DNA of 64,000 bases from Pecten maximus (GCF_902652985.1 NC_047028.1:28024001-28088000), one strand, 5' to 3'. Positions 11,910 through 26,228 are shown, counted from the stretch's first letter. Translations and numbers: made by a program. The notes: generated from the sequence alone by a model not told the origin.

Positions 11910-14900
11910 TAAATATCAATATAGATATATATATTTTTTTCTATTATATTTGTTAATATATAAATACAGACTATAATGGAAATGTTATTTTCGCGCTTGA
12001 AGCATTGTGGTTTAGTATGATTACGCCTATTAGTTTCTATATACTATTGCTAGATCAGATACTGAGGATGAGGCGATTCAGCACTAATCTATTAAAACCC
12101 ATTGTATGTATGTAGGTATGAATGTACTCCTTTAGTGGGCATAAAGAATATGATGTATAACTAGTATATGTTTTCGAAACAACAAAAGGTTTTTGATTTT
12201 AGTTTTATTCAAAAATATATACTTCTGCTGCTTAACACAAACACTATAGATACATCACTAACGTTTTAACGATAACGAAGGAAACACTCTTTTTTCATTA
12301 ATTTACTTTATTTATTTCATAAAGTTATAATGACATTGCTCCTTAGAATAAAAACTGTGTTGTTGTAACCACTCTATCAGTCCACCGAGGTCCGGAATGT
12401 CCCAGCTTATCAGGTACGTACTCTACTGTCATTGTAAAAGTGCTGATTTATTATAAATATGCTATGACGTCACCATTCACGGTGTACTCTGATCACCCAG
12501 ACATCAGGGTCATCAAGGGTCTTCATGCAAATCATATCTGTCCTCATTTTATTGATTTGCATTTTAAAGTATGATTTGTTTAATATTGTATCAGATGATC
12601 AGAAACTGTGGAAATGTTTACAGCTTGAATCAAAGTTGAACATTGTTATCATATTCATCTTTCGACAAACTAAGCAGTTTGATTCTAGGCTCAGTGACGG
12701 TCACATTACTTGAGGATCCACAAAGTGGCTATGCTACCCTTCTTGGTTAGGAAGATGTTTTGGAAACCTCGACAATAAGATGAACATTTATACAAATTTT
12801 GATGTACATTGTACACGAATATATACATTAATACATATTACATATGTATTAACATTATGGTTTCAATTTATGAACAGTCAGTTAACGGTCTTACTTTCGA
12901 ATTTCAAAATTCAAATCAGTGTGGCATTCAGACATGGAACGTCAAACAGGTCGGACGATTAGGTCAAATAATTATATTGTACGCCTATCGAGGAACTAAT
13001 ATGTCGCAGGGCTTACGACCAACTGAATGTATAAAACATTTGATCGCATGTGATGAAGTCGTTATCAAATCGATAAACTACATGTAGTAGCTAACTGGCC
13101 TTTGGTTTCCAATTGAATGGCGACTGTTCAAGAGATGAATTCAATGTTGGACTACCGCTGTAGGAACGTGACCGGAGTTTTCCGAAAGGTCAAATTTGCA
13201 ACAATTAACACTTTGGCGAAATACACCGTACGCGCAAGCTATTGCAGTCCTTTAAACGGTAGCCGTTGATTAGTTGATAATTAACGGTAACCATAATACG
13301 ATCACGTGACGACCTTGTAGCACAAGGATTGAACACAGCGACTAATTTGTCATCATTTATCTTCACTCTTTACTTTAACAATCTACTGAACACCGTGAGG
13401 CGACGTTTTGCCAAACCTTGTATAATCTAGGCGGATGTATGTAGTCTGAAATTAGTTTAAATGTGCTCGGCATCTGGATTGTTTTTTTATTGGCGACGCC
13501 GTCATCTGCAATTTTTGGAGACAACTGAAAATATCCGGAGCATAATTAAAGCATTATTTGGTAGCGGTCAAATGAGAGTTTTCTTGATACAGAAATTCTC
13601 TGAAATTAAAACACAAATTCTGTAAGAAGACGTAAGATTATACGTTCAAGTACAGAAGAATGTTTCTTTGGACAACAAAACACATCTATTGCACAAAAAA
13701 AAAAGCAGTGGATTGACCTTTGATACACAGAAGAGTGCTTTCTAAAGAGAACGTTCACCAAAACGCATCTACTGTTAGAAAATTGAAGTCTTAAAAACAG
13801 AGAGAGTTTTTATATAGAGTTTCCGAGAAACCAACACAAATCAATTACTAGAGAATGTACATCGTACAACATCAAAACAAAATTGAAAGCTATCTATTTA
13901 TAGAGATCCCAGGCACCAAAACACTTCTATTGCCATAAAAGTACAACATGGAAGCATAACGTGGGGTTATTTGCACATGTAAAATACATGTATGACTTTC
14001 CATTCCTCGCCCTTTTGTAAGAATTCATGTATATTTAATTCTAATAATCCCATGGCTTCGTTTTACAAATCCATATTTAACTTTACATCCTGGGCCAAGA
14101 TTTAACAATATTTCATCTTTTTACACGGATGTATTCAAATTACATTTTCCTAGTTAAAACTTAATCTGGCGTTGTTGCAGTTGGACACAGGGGTATTTTT
14201 GCAGCAAAATCACCAATGCGTATTAAGTCTCCATGGATACAATTCTAAGAATCAGACAATTACATTATCAATGGAAATGTTAAAGGATTCTGTAGTCAAG
14301 TCGAAAATTTGGTAAAAATGGTAGAGGAAAGCAAAGGAGCAGAGTTCATAATACGTAAATGAACAAACTGAAGAAAATGGCGGAACTTGAAAGAAATATT
14401 GCATTTAATTAAAAATGCATTATACATGCAGACAACACACAAGACATGACCCAAATATAGACAGTATCCATGGTTACTACACAATAGAGAACCTACCATA
14501 TCATGGTTTCCCAATTGCGTCGCCATTTTCATGTCTGAAAGTAGACGTTTGCTAATTTAATACCATTCTTTGCTTAATACCGAGTTATAATTATGAACAT
14601 ATCATATATTACTTTTTCACCGTCATATTTTGCGTTTATTTCGACAAACATTGACAGAATTTTCATCAGTCTTTTGAACGTTTGATTACGGTCATTGTGT
14701 ACGTATGTAGGGATATTACACGTTATCGGTGTCATTTCATCATTTTATAACCTGCGGTATACAAAATCTATTGCTGAAATCCTTCTTTTTTACGCAAATT
14801 TACGGTCTATTAATTCGAAATAGATACTTTGCTATATGTCCTTTGAAATTGCAATATCAACACGTGCTGGACATGTGTCCAAACAAGGTCTTGCATTATG

Positions 14901-15901
14901 TTGCTATGTTTATTATTGACGTTTATCGGTTTAGGCATTTCTTGACAATGACTATAATTATATTTATTTTTATCATATTCATATTCTTGACAATGACAAT
15001 AAATTTATTTTTGTCATATTCATATTGCAAATGTAATTATAATATTTTCCATTTTACGAAACAGAAAATCAGTAAGTGCATGAATAAGCCCCATGTGTGC
15101 AGAAAGCAGTACCTTCGTCTTTTCAAACCGGATGTATAGAAGCGTGTCAGGTATAATGATAGTATCGGTGTGAAATAGATCAAGTGTTGATATTTTCATC
15201 TTTAGACTTGGTGGGTGTTTGGTTTTCAACACATCACCTGTGCGTAACAGAATGTTCTTGATTACCTGGATTATATCTTTCAAGTTTAAAGATAGATTTT
15301 TTAAACATCAGTATATAAATAGACAGGTATATCTCAGTATACATCACAGAGTGGTGGTTTTCTCATACACAGTCGTTTAAATAGAGCAATTTGTCATACA
15401 GATCTCAGCATCTCAGGTCATCCTCTATCGCCCGTCAATAGTACAACAAAATTGATGACGTAATTCGATTATTACGGTTAATGAGCTGTATAAAGTGATG
15501 ACGTCATTCTAATGGATTAGTGCTATTTTTAATGAATGAAAGTGAGTTTATGCCCTTCCCCGAAAGCAGGAAATTACAGGTTTATTATTTTCCAGGGAGA
15601 AAAAGGAAAGGAATGCACATGTGGAGTGTGGGAGAATTCTAGCTCTGTACCCGATAGCAGTGTTAGAGTTTGGGTATAAAATGCAATTCTAATGACGAAC
15701 CCAGGTTACATCTGGCTGTTGTTAATTCCCCTTTACCAACCAAATGCCACTTTTATCTGGAGCCGAAAGCTTCGCCTGTCGTAACCGAGACGTCACACAG
15801 CTGGCGCAAGGTTAGGTTGGTTATATTCAGTGCACCGGAAGTGGGAAATCAAAACGAACTATTTACCTTCTTTGTCACACCAAACACAATCACGTGACCA
15901 C

Positions 15902-16086
15902 TTACACGAAGACAGCCTTTTCGTTAAGATTAATGCCCTTATCGTTGCTGTCCTCTAACATGGCGACAAGAGGGACTTTTTGTTCGTGTGAAGGTCGCTC
16001 TTCGCGCTCTTTACCCATGGTTAGATATCCGCACTTCTGATATTTGAATAGCATCATTATAATGGAGCTCCACAGCAGACATGAAC
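15902..16086 (-). CDS. SLC16/monocarboxylate transporter family, last coding exon (TM12 and tail)
   Basis: ttttaaacag|GT acceptor. Translates GSCLLWSSIIMMLFKYQKC...EKAVFV*. Phase 1 matches the preceding exon. Confidence 0.8.
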
Positions 16087-16774
16087 CTGTTTAAAACAAA
16101 CGAAAGAGTTCCATCAAATAAAATACAATATTTATGGTAAATAGCAAGGTAAGACAGCATTTCGATCGAATGATCAGACTTTTCTCAGTTTCATTGGCTA
16201 AAACATGATCACGTGGATATCAATATTTTGATATTCTGATCGGATGCTTCTATTTTAGAAATACCGGGTTACTAGGGTTTACGACATCATAATCAATGTA
16301 AACCGCGTGTTATCAATATGAATATAATACCATTCCAACCTTTTGCAAACAAGTTTCAAAACTTATATAGAAATTAAAGACCTTTAATTCGGTCAATATG
16401 GTTTTATACCGACCTGTTTGAATCTAAAACATTGACCTCGAGTTTCGCCCTCGTCAATATTTGATTCTTTCTAGTCGTTATAACACCATATTGATCTCAT
16501 CGAAGGTCTATAATTGATCAATATTCACACCTTTTAAGGCCTTTATCAGTTGGCAATTCCATTATGAACCATACCTGCACATACCTACGGGCCCTTTTAG
16601 TCCCTGTTCTCTCTGGGGTAGTTACATAAATATTATACAAAAACATGTAACAGATATAGCTTAAGACAGCAGATATCATGTCGTCTATTGCCTCGAATAT
16701 CTTACATAAGACATTCTAACTTTGAAATTCTAACAATGAACATTTTACCACCTTTAACCTAGAATATTTACATA

Positions 16775-16988
16775 CTGTAATACCATTCATTTTGGCGTAC
16801 TCACATTTTAGCGTATATAACTAAAATTTACATTGATCAGCGCAACGAGAAATTGACACACCAACAGTACTTGTCATAGAAAATAATACGTATTTAAAGA
16901 ATCTGCATTAGCGCATTCGAAATTTAGTGGGTGATCTCAGTGTGAAACCCCTAACATAAGATATCCGCTAAAATATGTATGTTCACAG
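16775..16988. mobile_element. Degenerate TA-flanked MITE (Tc1/mariner/pogo type) in an SLC16 intron
   Basis: TA|CTGT...ACAG|TA ends and inverted ATTTTAGCG / CGCTAAAAT sub-terminal motifs. Confidence 0.45.
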
Positions 16989-17241
16989 TATAATAATACC
17001 TAGCTAATATCCTGTTACTTTTCGACTAGTAAATATTTCAAACCATCTACTTTGCATACTTTGGATATTGGACAATATGTATTCTGTCAACTTTTGTTTG
17101 AATTGTCTCGTGCAAATGTAACATTAGACACAAAAATAAACTGTCGCCATTGATTTGATACATATATATATATACAAACCAAATACTTGGTACGATTGTC
17201 ATAATTAAAATCTATATGTTAAGAAGACGTATGTCACTTAC

Positions 17242-17292
17242 CAGCAAGGTAAAAAACATATTTAAACTCATTTTCTTCTTGTACCAACAGAC
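17242..17292 (-). CDS. SLC16 transporter, coding exon 4 (51 nt)
   Basis: tttcag|GT ... G|gtaagt. Translates GLLVQEENEFKYVFYLAG, matching the MCT TM11-TM12 'G.L....Y...F.AG' pattern. Confidence 0.85.
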
Positions 17293-17616
17293 CTGAAATT
17301 TAAATAGATTTTTTAAATATCTGACAATGTCTACATTACACCATTTCAAACAGAAACGACCCTGAAGGGTTCATTATGCGGGATTTTACTATCCACCTCT
17401 CAGCATGTGAACATAGTAGCATATGTCAATAATCAGATATTTACAATCTACAAGCCAGTGTCTTCAAATAACAAGTTCATGGTAATTTCTTTTTTTTTCC
17501 AATTAACTGCATTTCTTTTGAATGATCATGTGTTTACTCAGTTACATGGATATGAAAATTCTCCGAAAAAAGGACGCATCAGTAGGCCCGTTAAAAGCTA
17601 TGATAGACACGATTAC

Positions 17617-18352
17617 CTGCTGCGGGTCCGCCCATTAGAGATCCAAGGGCGATCATGAATGACAAGTAGCCGTTGCCCATGGCAATGTATTCTGGTCCAA
17701 CAAGTTCACGTGCCGCTTGTGACAGAAAAGTTGTCCAATATCCACTGTAGAATCCAAACAGAAGAGTATATCCGATTTGTCCGGCAAAGTCCTCGAACAA
17801 CAATGGGCATATCCCAGTTACTACCACACCCAGCCCCACGGAACACAACAATGACGTCATATCGTCCAGTGTGCTGTTGTTGCCCATGAAGGCAAATATC
17901 ATGCGTGATGTGAAACTGGACATGCCAACGCACGCGATAAGGAAACTTGACAGTCCAAAGTCCGTGCCCTGCTCAAGAGAGTATGATGGCAGATACATAT
18001 ATATAATGGTGGACCCAAAACTCCAGAATAAATTAGCAATACACAAACCCAGGAATATAACGTTCCTTAACGGAACGCATGATAGTAAAGGCATCAAATG
18101 CATTTCTTTAGCGTTTTTGGCGGGCTTCATGAGCGCACCACACACACAGATGTTTAGAGGCGCACCCAGCTAGCATCCAAAGGGTGCCCCTCCATGCCAT
18201 GTATTCTAGCATGGTGCGAATGATAATTGGGAATGTGATCATGCCAGCACCGACTCCTCCTAGCACAACGCTCAGGGCCTCAAACCGACCCTCGTAAAAG
18301 TGTTGTTCCACTATCATAATAGACGGTGTGCAAGCAAGACCGAACCCGATAC
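17617..18352 (-). CDS. SLC16 transporter, coding exon 3 (TM4-TM11) with an apparent 1-nt frameshift at ~18158
   Basis: GIGFGLACTPS..HF..R..WRGTLWMLAG in one frame continues as LNICVCGALMKP...GGPAAG in another. The exon is 736 nt (3n+1) between two phase-1 introns. Confidence 0.85.
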
Positions 18353-18449
18353 CTGAAACAGACACAAACTGTGAGCAATATCTAGAAATTGATTTTATTT
18401 GTATTAGGTAAGTTTTTAAAATGTGCCACTCTTGAAGAAGTCACTAGAT

Positions 18450-18640
18450 ACCCATCATATAATATTTCTACTCTCATAACGAATACCATGGTATAATATT
18501 TCTTCTTTTATAACGAATACCCTTCATATAATATTTCTACTTTTATAACGAATAACCTTCATATAATATTTCAACTCCTATAACGAATACCCATCATATA
18601 ATATTTTTACTCTCATAACGAATACCCATCATATAATACT
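18450..18640. repeat. ~35-bp tandem repeat (CATATAATATTTCTACTCTCATAACGAATACC), about 5 copies
   Basis: Direct periodicity. Confidence 0.85.
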
Positions 18641-19136
18641 TGTCAAATGATCTATGTTAATTATTGATTAGATATGGGAAGACGAGCTGGTCTATGAAAT
18701 ATCGGTCATTACACTATGTGGTGAAATAACGGATTAAAGTTTATCGACGATTGACTATAGCTTAAAATAACTGCTATCATAAACGGATTTAAGTTTTTCG
18801 ATTGACAATAGCTTAAAATAACTGCTACCATAAGAGGGAGGCAATTCAACATCAAAGGCGTCATTGTGTTGTAGTAGGTATTTGCCCTGAAGGATAGTTA
18901 ACTTCAGAGGAAAATGCAACCCAGGTTTCTACATTAAGGAGTAAAGATGTCACTGTACTTATAACGTATTGATCTGAAGGCGATATCACTTACTCCAACT
19001 GTTATCAGTAGCGAGGGCAATATCTGATTAATTAAGTCAACAATTTATTGTATCAGTATGTGTATGCTATGAGTACTGAAATTAAACTATTTTTCGAAGG
19101 ATCGGCATTCTTAACATAATGAACGCATTCATTTAC

Positions 19137-19280
19137 CTGTAAGAACCCCAAAGGTCAGATACACCTGGTACAGGTCGGTCACAACCATCCCCAGAGCGAG
19201 TCCGGTCGCTGATATTACTCCGCCCAGCATCACACTGATCCGGCAGCCGAACGACTTCATAAAACAACGCATAACCACAC
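19137..19280 (-). CDS. SLC16 transporter, coding exon 2
   Basis: tgtag|GT ... G|gtaaat, 144 nt. Translates ..FGCRISVMLGGVISATGL..LYQVYLTFGVLTG, a typical MCT TM3-4 motif. Confidence 0.9.
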
Positions 19281-20169
19281 CTACAATACACAATATTGCC
19301 ATTAGTCCTGTTTTAAATTGCATCTTACAGTTACTGATTTACCGCCTACATGACTCCGCCTATTGCAAGGGTTCGTCTCACCGACTATAGTCAGTGTTCT
19401 GTCAGTATAAGATACTGTTTTACCGCCTACACGACTTCGCCCATTGCTAGATTTTGTCACACCGACTATTGTCAGTATTCTGTCGACTTTAGATACTGGT
19501 TTATCCGCCTAAATCACTCCGCCTATTGCTTGTTTTGTCTCGCCGACTCTAGTCAATGCTCTGTCGACTGCTTGATTTGTTTCACCGACTATAGTCGGTG
19601 TATAGTCGATGTTCTGTCGTTTACAATATTGATATTAATTAGCCTTATGACTTACAAGCAACACCAAGTCTCACAGGGACTTGACACGATGTGGACTGTA
19701 AGTTGGGAGTACGTGCCAAGTCCCTGTGGATAGTCTTACAATGAACCTACACGGAAGCATTAGCATTAATGACATAGTTCTTTTCTTCATAAATAACATA
19801 TATTAACTCCTTCACCCCTATAGACACATTTGAACTCTTCCAATTCAAATGTTGGAAGAGTTCATTACACACTTCAGGGGTGAATGAGTTAAGCTTAATT
19901 TGATAGCATCCTTTAAGACAACATATTAGCATCAATGTAGCAAAATACAAGCATTCAGTACGTGCTCTCCTGCGTCTCCAATAAATAAATTATATTCTAT
20001 AAAACTATATTGAATACTCAGGCAATACAGTGTTTGATAGGAAATTTCAAGCATTGGGGTCAGATGTTAATTGTTAGAAACAGAAGAATTTCCGATTATC
20101 CGAAGTAAAGATCCCAAGCGTTGCGAGATACCAGTATTCACATTCTGTAAGGGACAGAAATGAACTTAC

Positions 20170-20359
20170 TTGTAAGAGCGGTCACATACAAGAGAATGGA
20201 CCCCGTCCATGACGTGTCAAAATGGTCGTGTTCAAACACTTGTTGGAAAACGTGATGAAAGATTCCGAGACTATACGTAATCCCACATATAATAAACTGG
20301 ACGAAGAAAGCAGCTACTACGACCACCCACTTCCGGGCACCCTCCTCTTCCTGGCGCAT
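20170..20359 (-). CDS. SLC16 transporter, first coding exon (exon extends as 5'UTR to the acceptor at 20400)
   Basis: Translates MRQEEEGARKWVVVVAAFFVQFIICG...SLGIF...TSWTGSI (MCT TM1-TM2). Donor A|gtaagt, acceptor ttcttgcag at 20401-20402, in-frame TGA upstream of the ATG. Confidence 0.9.
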
Positions 20360-23300
20360 CTTGCTCTTATCTTCCCACGTAACGGTAAATCATTTAGGAC
20401 CTGCAAGAAACAAAATCAAACATTTTTAAACAGTCATAATATGTTTTTTAATACCCTTATTGTATTTGCCATTATGCCGTTAGTATTCCAAATTATATTA
20501 TATCTAAGCATTGGAGTGCTTTTGGGTGACAATTAAGTGTGTTACGTGAATGCCAACTGGATAATCGCAAAGAGTGGAATTTTAATCATCTTTTTTTTTG
20601 TTTAAGATTATGCTAAAGTGTAAATATAATCATTGAACCATTGCTAGATGTACGTGTAGGTATACACTATACAGTCGGACGACGGCATTCTGTTTATCTG
20701 TCACCCAAATTGTATTTACATCGACTACATTCCAGCATCTGGTAGGGTTAACAGTTCAAAACTTAAATGAGCATGACCAGGTAAGAAATATATCGTGTTA
20801 AAACTCCATTCATGAGACATATTTACCTACCTCTGAAATTTCAATGATTCGGGTCATGAAGTTATTTCTAAATATTTAAAAGTATGTTCTTCGGGGTTTA
20901 AAGATTTAGTATTATTAAGGACCACACGTAGTGTAACTTGAACGTCGGACGACGTTTGGGCCATTTTAAAGATGGCGTCCGAAGCAGCTCGATCTCGAAG
21001 GTGATCTTGACCTATGTTAGATCATATTCTTACACCATGTTAGCCCGGGGTGATTTGGAAGATAACGAAGTGCAGTAGATATGTTTTCATAAAGGCGACG
21101 ACAATTTTAGTGGAATGGCATTCAATGTGACAAAAAGGCGAATGGAAATTAAAGTGACGTTGTGTTTGAAGGCACGGTTGAATTCAAACACATCACTGTT
21201 CGGGACGTTTGCTATAGTTTAATCATGTATTCCTATTTTAAAATATCGTTCACAAAATAAGCAAAAGAGGAGATATACATGACTAATGCGAATAGGTGAT
21301 ACACTATCACTGATCAACGAATAGCTGAAAACACTTACTCGAATGGTAATATAACTGAAATTATCATTCGAATAGGTTATAACAATAGCTGATGAATATG
21401 TAGTCACTAATTTCATTCGACATGAAATTCGAAGTGATATTATTAGAAAGGAACAAGGAAGTACGTAATCATAGAGGAATATATTCTAATTAATCCCCGA
21501 GAGGAATAAGTCATAAAATGGCGTCATTTGAATTATATGCATGTGTATTTTAGACGGTTGTGCGACTTTAAAACAGGCCCTATATTGTCTAACGCATACT
21601 CTACACAACAGTGAACCCATGGATCGTGAGAGGATCATTATAAACATGCACTTTGTCGGGGGCTAGTAGCGTTGACAATATATCCATGTAAATCGGTGTA
21701 GGGAGATCCCGCTACCAGATAAAACACAAGTTCTATACAAGGCACATATCCTGATGTCACCGAAACAGGATTCGCTTGCAAAGTCTGATCACAGATATCC
21801 GGGTATAATCGAAAAGTTCTGGATTAACCCTGTTAGAACCCGGTTAGAGATAGCGTGATAAAACCAGACAATTGCTTCTGTGTTAAATGGGATTAAGTCA
21901 CTTCTAAAATGACACGGAACCGAGTGAATTATTTACAGGATGAATATTTGAGCATATCTTGTAATACAGATACAGTAAACGTTTTAGGAACTTAGATGAA
22001 TATTTTCCAAAACGTGAATTCGTGAAGCACAAAATGTCTTCATTGAAACTCTTACACACTAAAACGTTATCAGCGACGTAAGCGAGGTCTTGAAAAGTGA
22101 AATCAGTCGACGTTTTTGTTTTTAACTTTCAGGAAGTCAAATACTCAATTAAATGCAAGAATGTCTTTAGAATGATGAAATATTATATAAGCTACGTCAT
22201 CAATTCGCGTACACATATACTGATGACAATATAGATCTACGTCAATCGGTATGAAAACATTTAATTTATCAAAACGAAGACTTTATCCTCCATATTACTC
22301 TACTTGTCTTATTTTCACTTCCCAATGACTAAAGACCACACAAAGGACACAAAATATATCAAAACCTTTCAATACAAATTGTGAGTTTTAAAAGAGCCCC
22401 CCAAAAAAACTCAATAAAACTACATCATACAGCCGTTTCGTCATTCTAGGACATCTCATGAAGTGCTTGCTAAGGGCTGAAAGTTTGCATAACTAGGAGA
22501 CAAAATCTAGTGACATTTTCGGCATTAGAACATTTCTCATTCTATATAAGATGGGATTCAAGATAATTCGCCGAACATAAAATTGTCATTAACCGATAGA
22601 AAAAAAATGTAAAACAAAACTATGGAGGTAGATATCAAGAAATTTCACCTACATGTACAGCCATGGTGATAGGTCTGGCCTAGTCCTAAAATCCCTGATA
22701 GGTCCAACCACGAGAGCTGCTAGAGAGGCAATAATCACGAGTGAAGCTTACTGGTACAAACTAGCGGGCTATCTCTAGCTGTCAATCTGATATTGATATC
22801 TACTAATCTACATCTATAATCTTGATTGGCCTATTTCGTGAACATGGACGATGTACATGCGCACATACCCAAAAGTACAATCGATATCGTAACAATAATG
22901 CCCCAAATATCCATGACACCAGTAAATGTATTTGCCCCTTACGACATCATTTTTTTCACGATGAATACAAATGACTGTCAAAACTGAAGTTTAACACAAA
23001 GATTTCGAAGGTATGCGCTCGAGCAACCATTACGAGTTATCAACGAGTTTTGTGAAAGTTTAAGGCGCCTTTGTTTATTCGACAGGTTCTATTCATAAAT
23101 GTTTAACAGTGTCATTAGTAAGAATAATGTTTAAACATTGGCCGAGATAAAATGTTCAATACGAAAAGAAAATAAGATATATCTCTGATTGAACCGTGGC
23201 CATAATATCCGAACCACCAGCAACCGACTTCATGACTTGATTTTCTCATGAAACATCACTGTTCAATATAATTTGTTTTTCAACCCGTCCGATCCCCCTC

Positions 23301-23889
23301 CTCACGGCAAAAATCTGTGACCCAGAATGAAAATATCACCCTATTGTGTCCGACCCCCCAGATAACTTATTATTTTTTCATTCTGGGTCATTGGAATGTG
23401 TCAAGCCCCTGTGGTCTGGCGGACGAGTGCTTTCCCACGTCCCTTCTCGTCGAGTCTAGACAACAAGTTTTGCCATCTTTATTTATCGTAAATTATGTAT
23501 GTACCAATGTTGTTATAAACTTAGGTCGCACAGTCCACATCTCGGGAAAGCACCATTCTTATTGCCCCTGGGATCTTTGTTTATGGCAGCTCAGAGACAC
23601 AGTGCACTTTCGAACGTCCATGTTATTTCACGTGACATTTCATGAGATGAGCTTCCTGAATAGCCTTGACCTTATCATGGCTCACAAGATCAGGGCCAGG
23701 GTCTGTTTGGGTCTGTTCGATACACACGTACAGACTCCGATAAACAAGTTTCAAAAATAGCTGTACAATGTACATGTGTATAAGACAGACACACATACAG
23801 AAGAGAATTAAATCGATTATTATCAAATTACGTCGACCTCCTCATATTTTTATTTTAGAACTAGAGAGAATTGAAAAACTACAATGATT

Positions 23890-25130
23890 CTAGGAAGCAT
23901 AGCCAACTTAATATTAGGATACCCCAACAAAATAATGGGATACAACTACTGAATATATTTCCGATACCCCAACTATATATTAGGATACTTCAATTAAATA
24001 TTTGTATATCTAAACTAAATATTCGAATACCTCAACTAAATATAAGGGTACCTCAACAAAATATTAGGAAACTCAAACTAAATAGACGGATACCCAAACG
24101 AAACATTAGGAAACCCCAACCAAATATTAGGAAACTCCAACCAAATATTAGGAAACTCCAACCAAATATTAGGAAACTCCAACCAAATATCAGGAAACCC
24201 CAACCAAATATTAGGAAACCCAAACCAAATATTAGGAAACTCCAACTAAATATTAGGAAACTCCAACCAAATATTAGGAAACTCCAACCAAATATTAGGA
24301 AACTCCAACCAAATATTAGGAAGCCCTAACCAACTATTAGGAAGCCCTAACCAAATATTAGGAAACCCAAACCAAACATTAGGAAACTCCAACCAAATAT
24401 TAGGAAACCCCAACTAAATAGACGGATACCCAAACTGAATATTAGGAAACCCCAACCAAATATTAGGAAACTCCAACTAAATATTAGGAAACTCCAACCA
24501 AATATTAGGAAACCCCAACTGAATATTAGGAAACTCCAACCAAATATTAGGAAACCCCAACTGAATATTAGGAAACCCTAACCAAATATTATGAAACCCC
24601 AACCAAATATTAGGAAGCCCCAACCAAATATTAGGAAACCCCAACCAAATATTAGGAATCTCAAACTATATATTAGGACACTCCAACAAAATATTCGGAA
24701 ACTCGAACTAAATATTTTGAAAATCCAACCAAATATTATGAAACCCCAACCAAATATTAGGAAACCCTAAATATAACCAAATATTAGGAAGCCCCAACAA
24801 AATATTAGGAAACCGCAACAATATATTAGGAAACCGCAACAAAATATCAGGAAAATCCAACCAAATATTAGGAAACTCCAACTAAATATTAGGAAAATCC
24901 AACCAAATATTAGGAAACTCCAACAAAATATTAGGAAACTCCAACCAAATATTATGAAACCCCAACTAAATATTAGGAAACCCTTACTAAAAATTAAAAA
25001 ATGGTTTCTGGAAGCCCCAGCTTAATATTCGGATACCTAAATAGCCGAATACCACAACTAAATATTTGGATATCCCAACTAAAATATCCGGATATCCCAA
25101 ATAAACATTAGGATACCTCGACAAAATATT
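23890..25130. repeat. 21-bp minisatellite (CCAACCAAATATTAGGAAACT/CC), ~1.2 kb, degenerate at both edges
   Basis: Direct periodicity. It accounts for the NIRKLQP ORF. Confidence 0.97.
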
Positions 25131-25949
25131 ATTATACCGACGTCATTGGTTGAAAACCACTTGACCTGACAATGATAAAAACTGGTATTTAATCTTTTCG
25201 TCGGTCGTGGATCTCGCTCACTTTCTCCCTAATTTAGCAGTTTCCGTACTGGACTATGACCCTCGTGCCCCATACTGTTGTGTCAAGTGTGTCTCCGCTA
25301 TCACAAACCTACATCAGGTCATAGTGGACTGTTACGTGGGCTGTTAGATCATGGTATGAATAATATATATATATTTACAGAGAGAGAGATAGGTTTCCTC
25401 TCCGCTCTACAGACTATGTTTATGAGACTTTGTCATAGAAACCTCGAGATACTGTAGTCCTTTCGTTGCGTATCAGGGAGACTTAGAATCGAATGGCGAC
25501 ACGAACTGCATGTAAAAGTGCATAAGTCGTGCACTATGCCTATAACCACAGGGACTTGGCACGCATATATGGACCGTGGGTTCGGAATTCGTGTCACATC
25601 CCTGTGTCCAATACCCATAATATAAACGAGATTAGAAGCGGAATTTTGGTTATAATATAAAACATGCGATTATTGCAGGGATCTTTATATGCGTATATTA
25701 ATATTGGAATCGACGCTTTTCGCAGTGACCTTGACCTTTTGGCCTAGTCACAGGACATCATCCAAATTATATTTCATGCAATATGTATATACATTTGACA
25801 TAATCAGAGACTTACGATGGAACAATTGTCGGAAGGACTTTGCCATCCTCCCTCATCTTCGATGTAAATCTTCATCAAAACTTACCAAAGAGAAAACTTA
25901 TCAGTTATTGTTTAAGCATGTTATAAACTTATTGCTAGATGTATTTGGC

Positions 25950-26228
25950 AATTCATCTCGAGAAGGAGTTGTCCTCTCGCGCTTGCGCATTGGCCATACA
26001 GATATCGTCCAGTTATATTTATTTCAATGAAGGAAGAGTCTCCCCTTTTGTCATGCCTGCGATCAACTTTTCACTGTCAAGCATTTTATGATCGAGTGCT
26101 CCGATTTCAAACAGATTCGTGAGACCATTCTTAAATGTTATGGCTATGAGATGCTTTTTTGATACACTTTCTTCATCGCTCATCATTTTGATTGTGTGCG
26201 TGCAATAGAACTATGCCATAAAATATAA
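25950..26228 (+). mobile_element. 5'-truncated, decayed LINE 3' end (I-group/Nimb-like ORF2 C-terminus)
   Basis: One frame with two internal stops: SREGVVLSRLRIGHT...PFCHACDQLFTVKHFMIECSDF..IR...KI*. This is the RLRIGHT motif plus the CX2CX7HX4C zinc knuckle. Confidence 0.8.

Noticed and set aside
20388-20395. Selenocysteine or read-through at the in-frame TGA upstream of the SLC16 ATG
   Set aside because: No SECIS or read-through context was recognised, and a good ATG follows directly before TM1.
23871-24329. 152-aa NIRKLQP repeat ORF
   Set aside because: Translation of a 21-bp minisatellite, with no splice or domain support.
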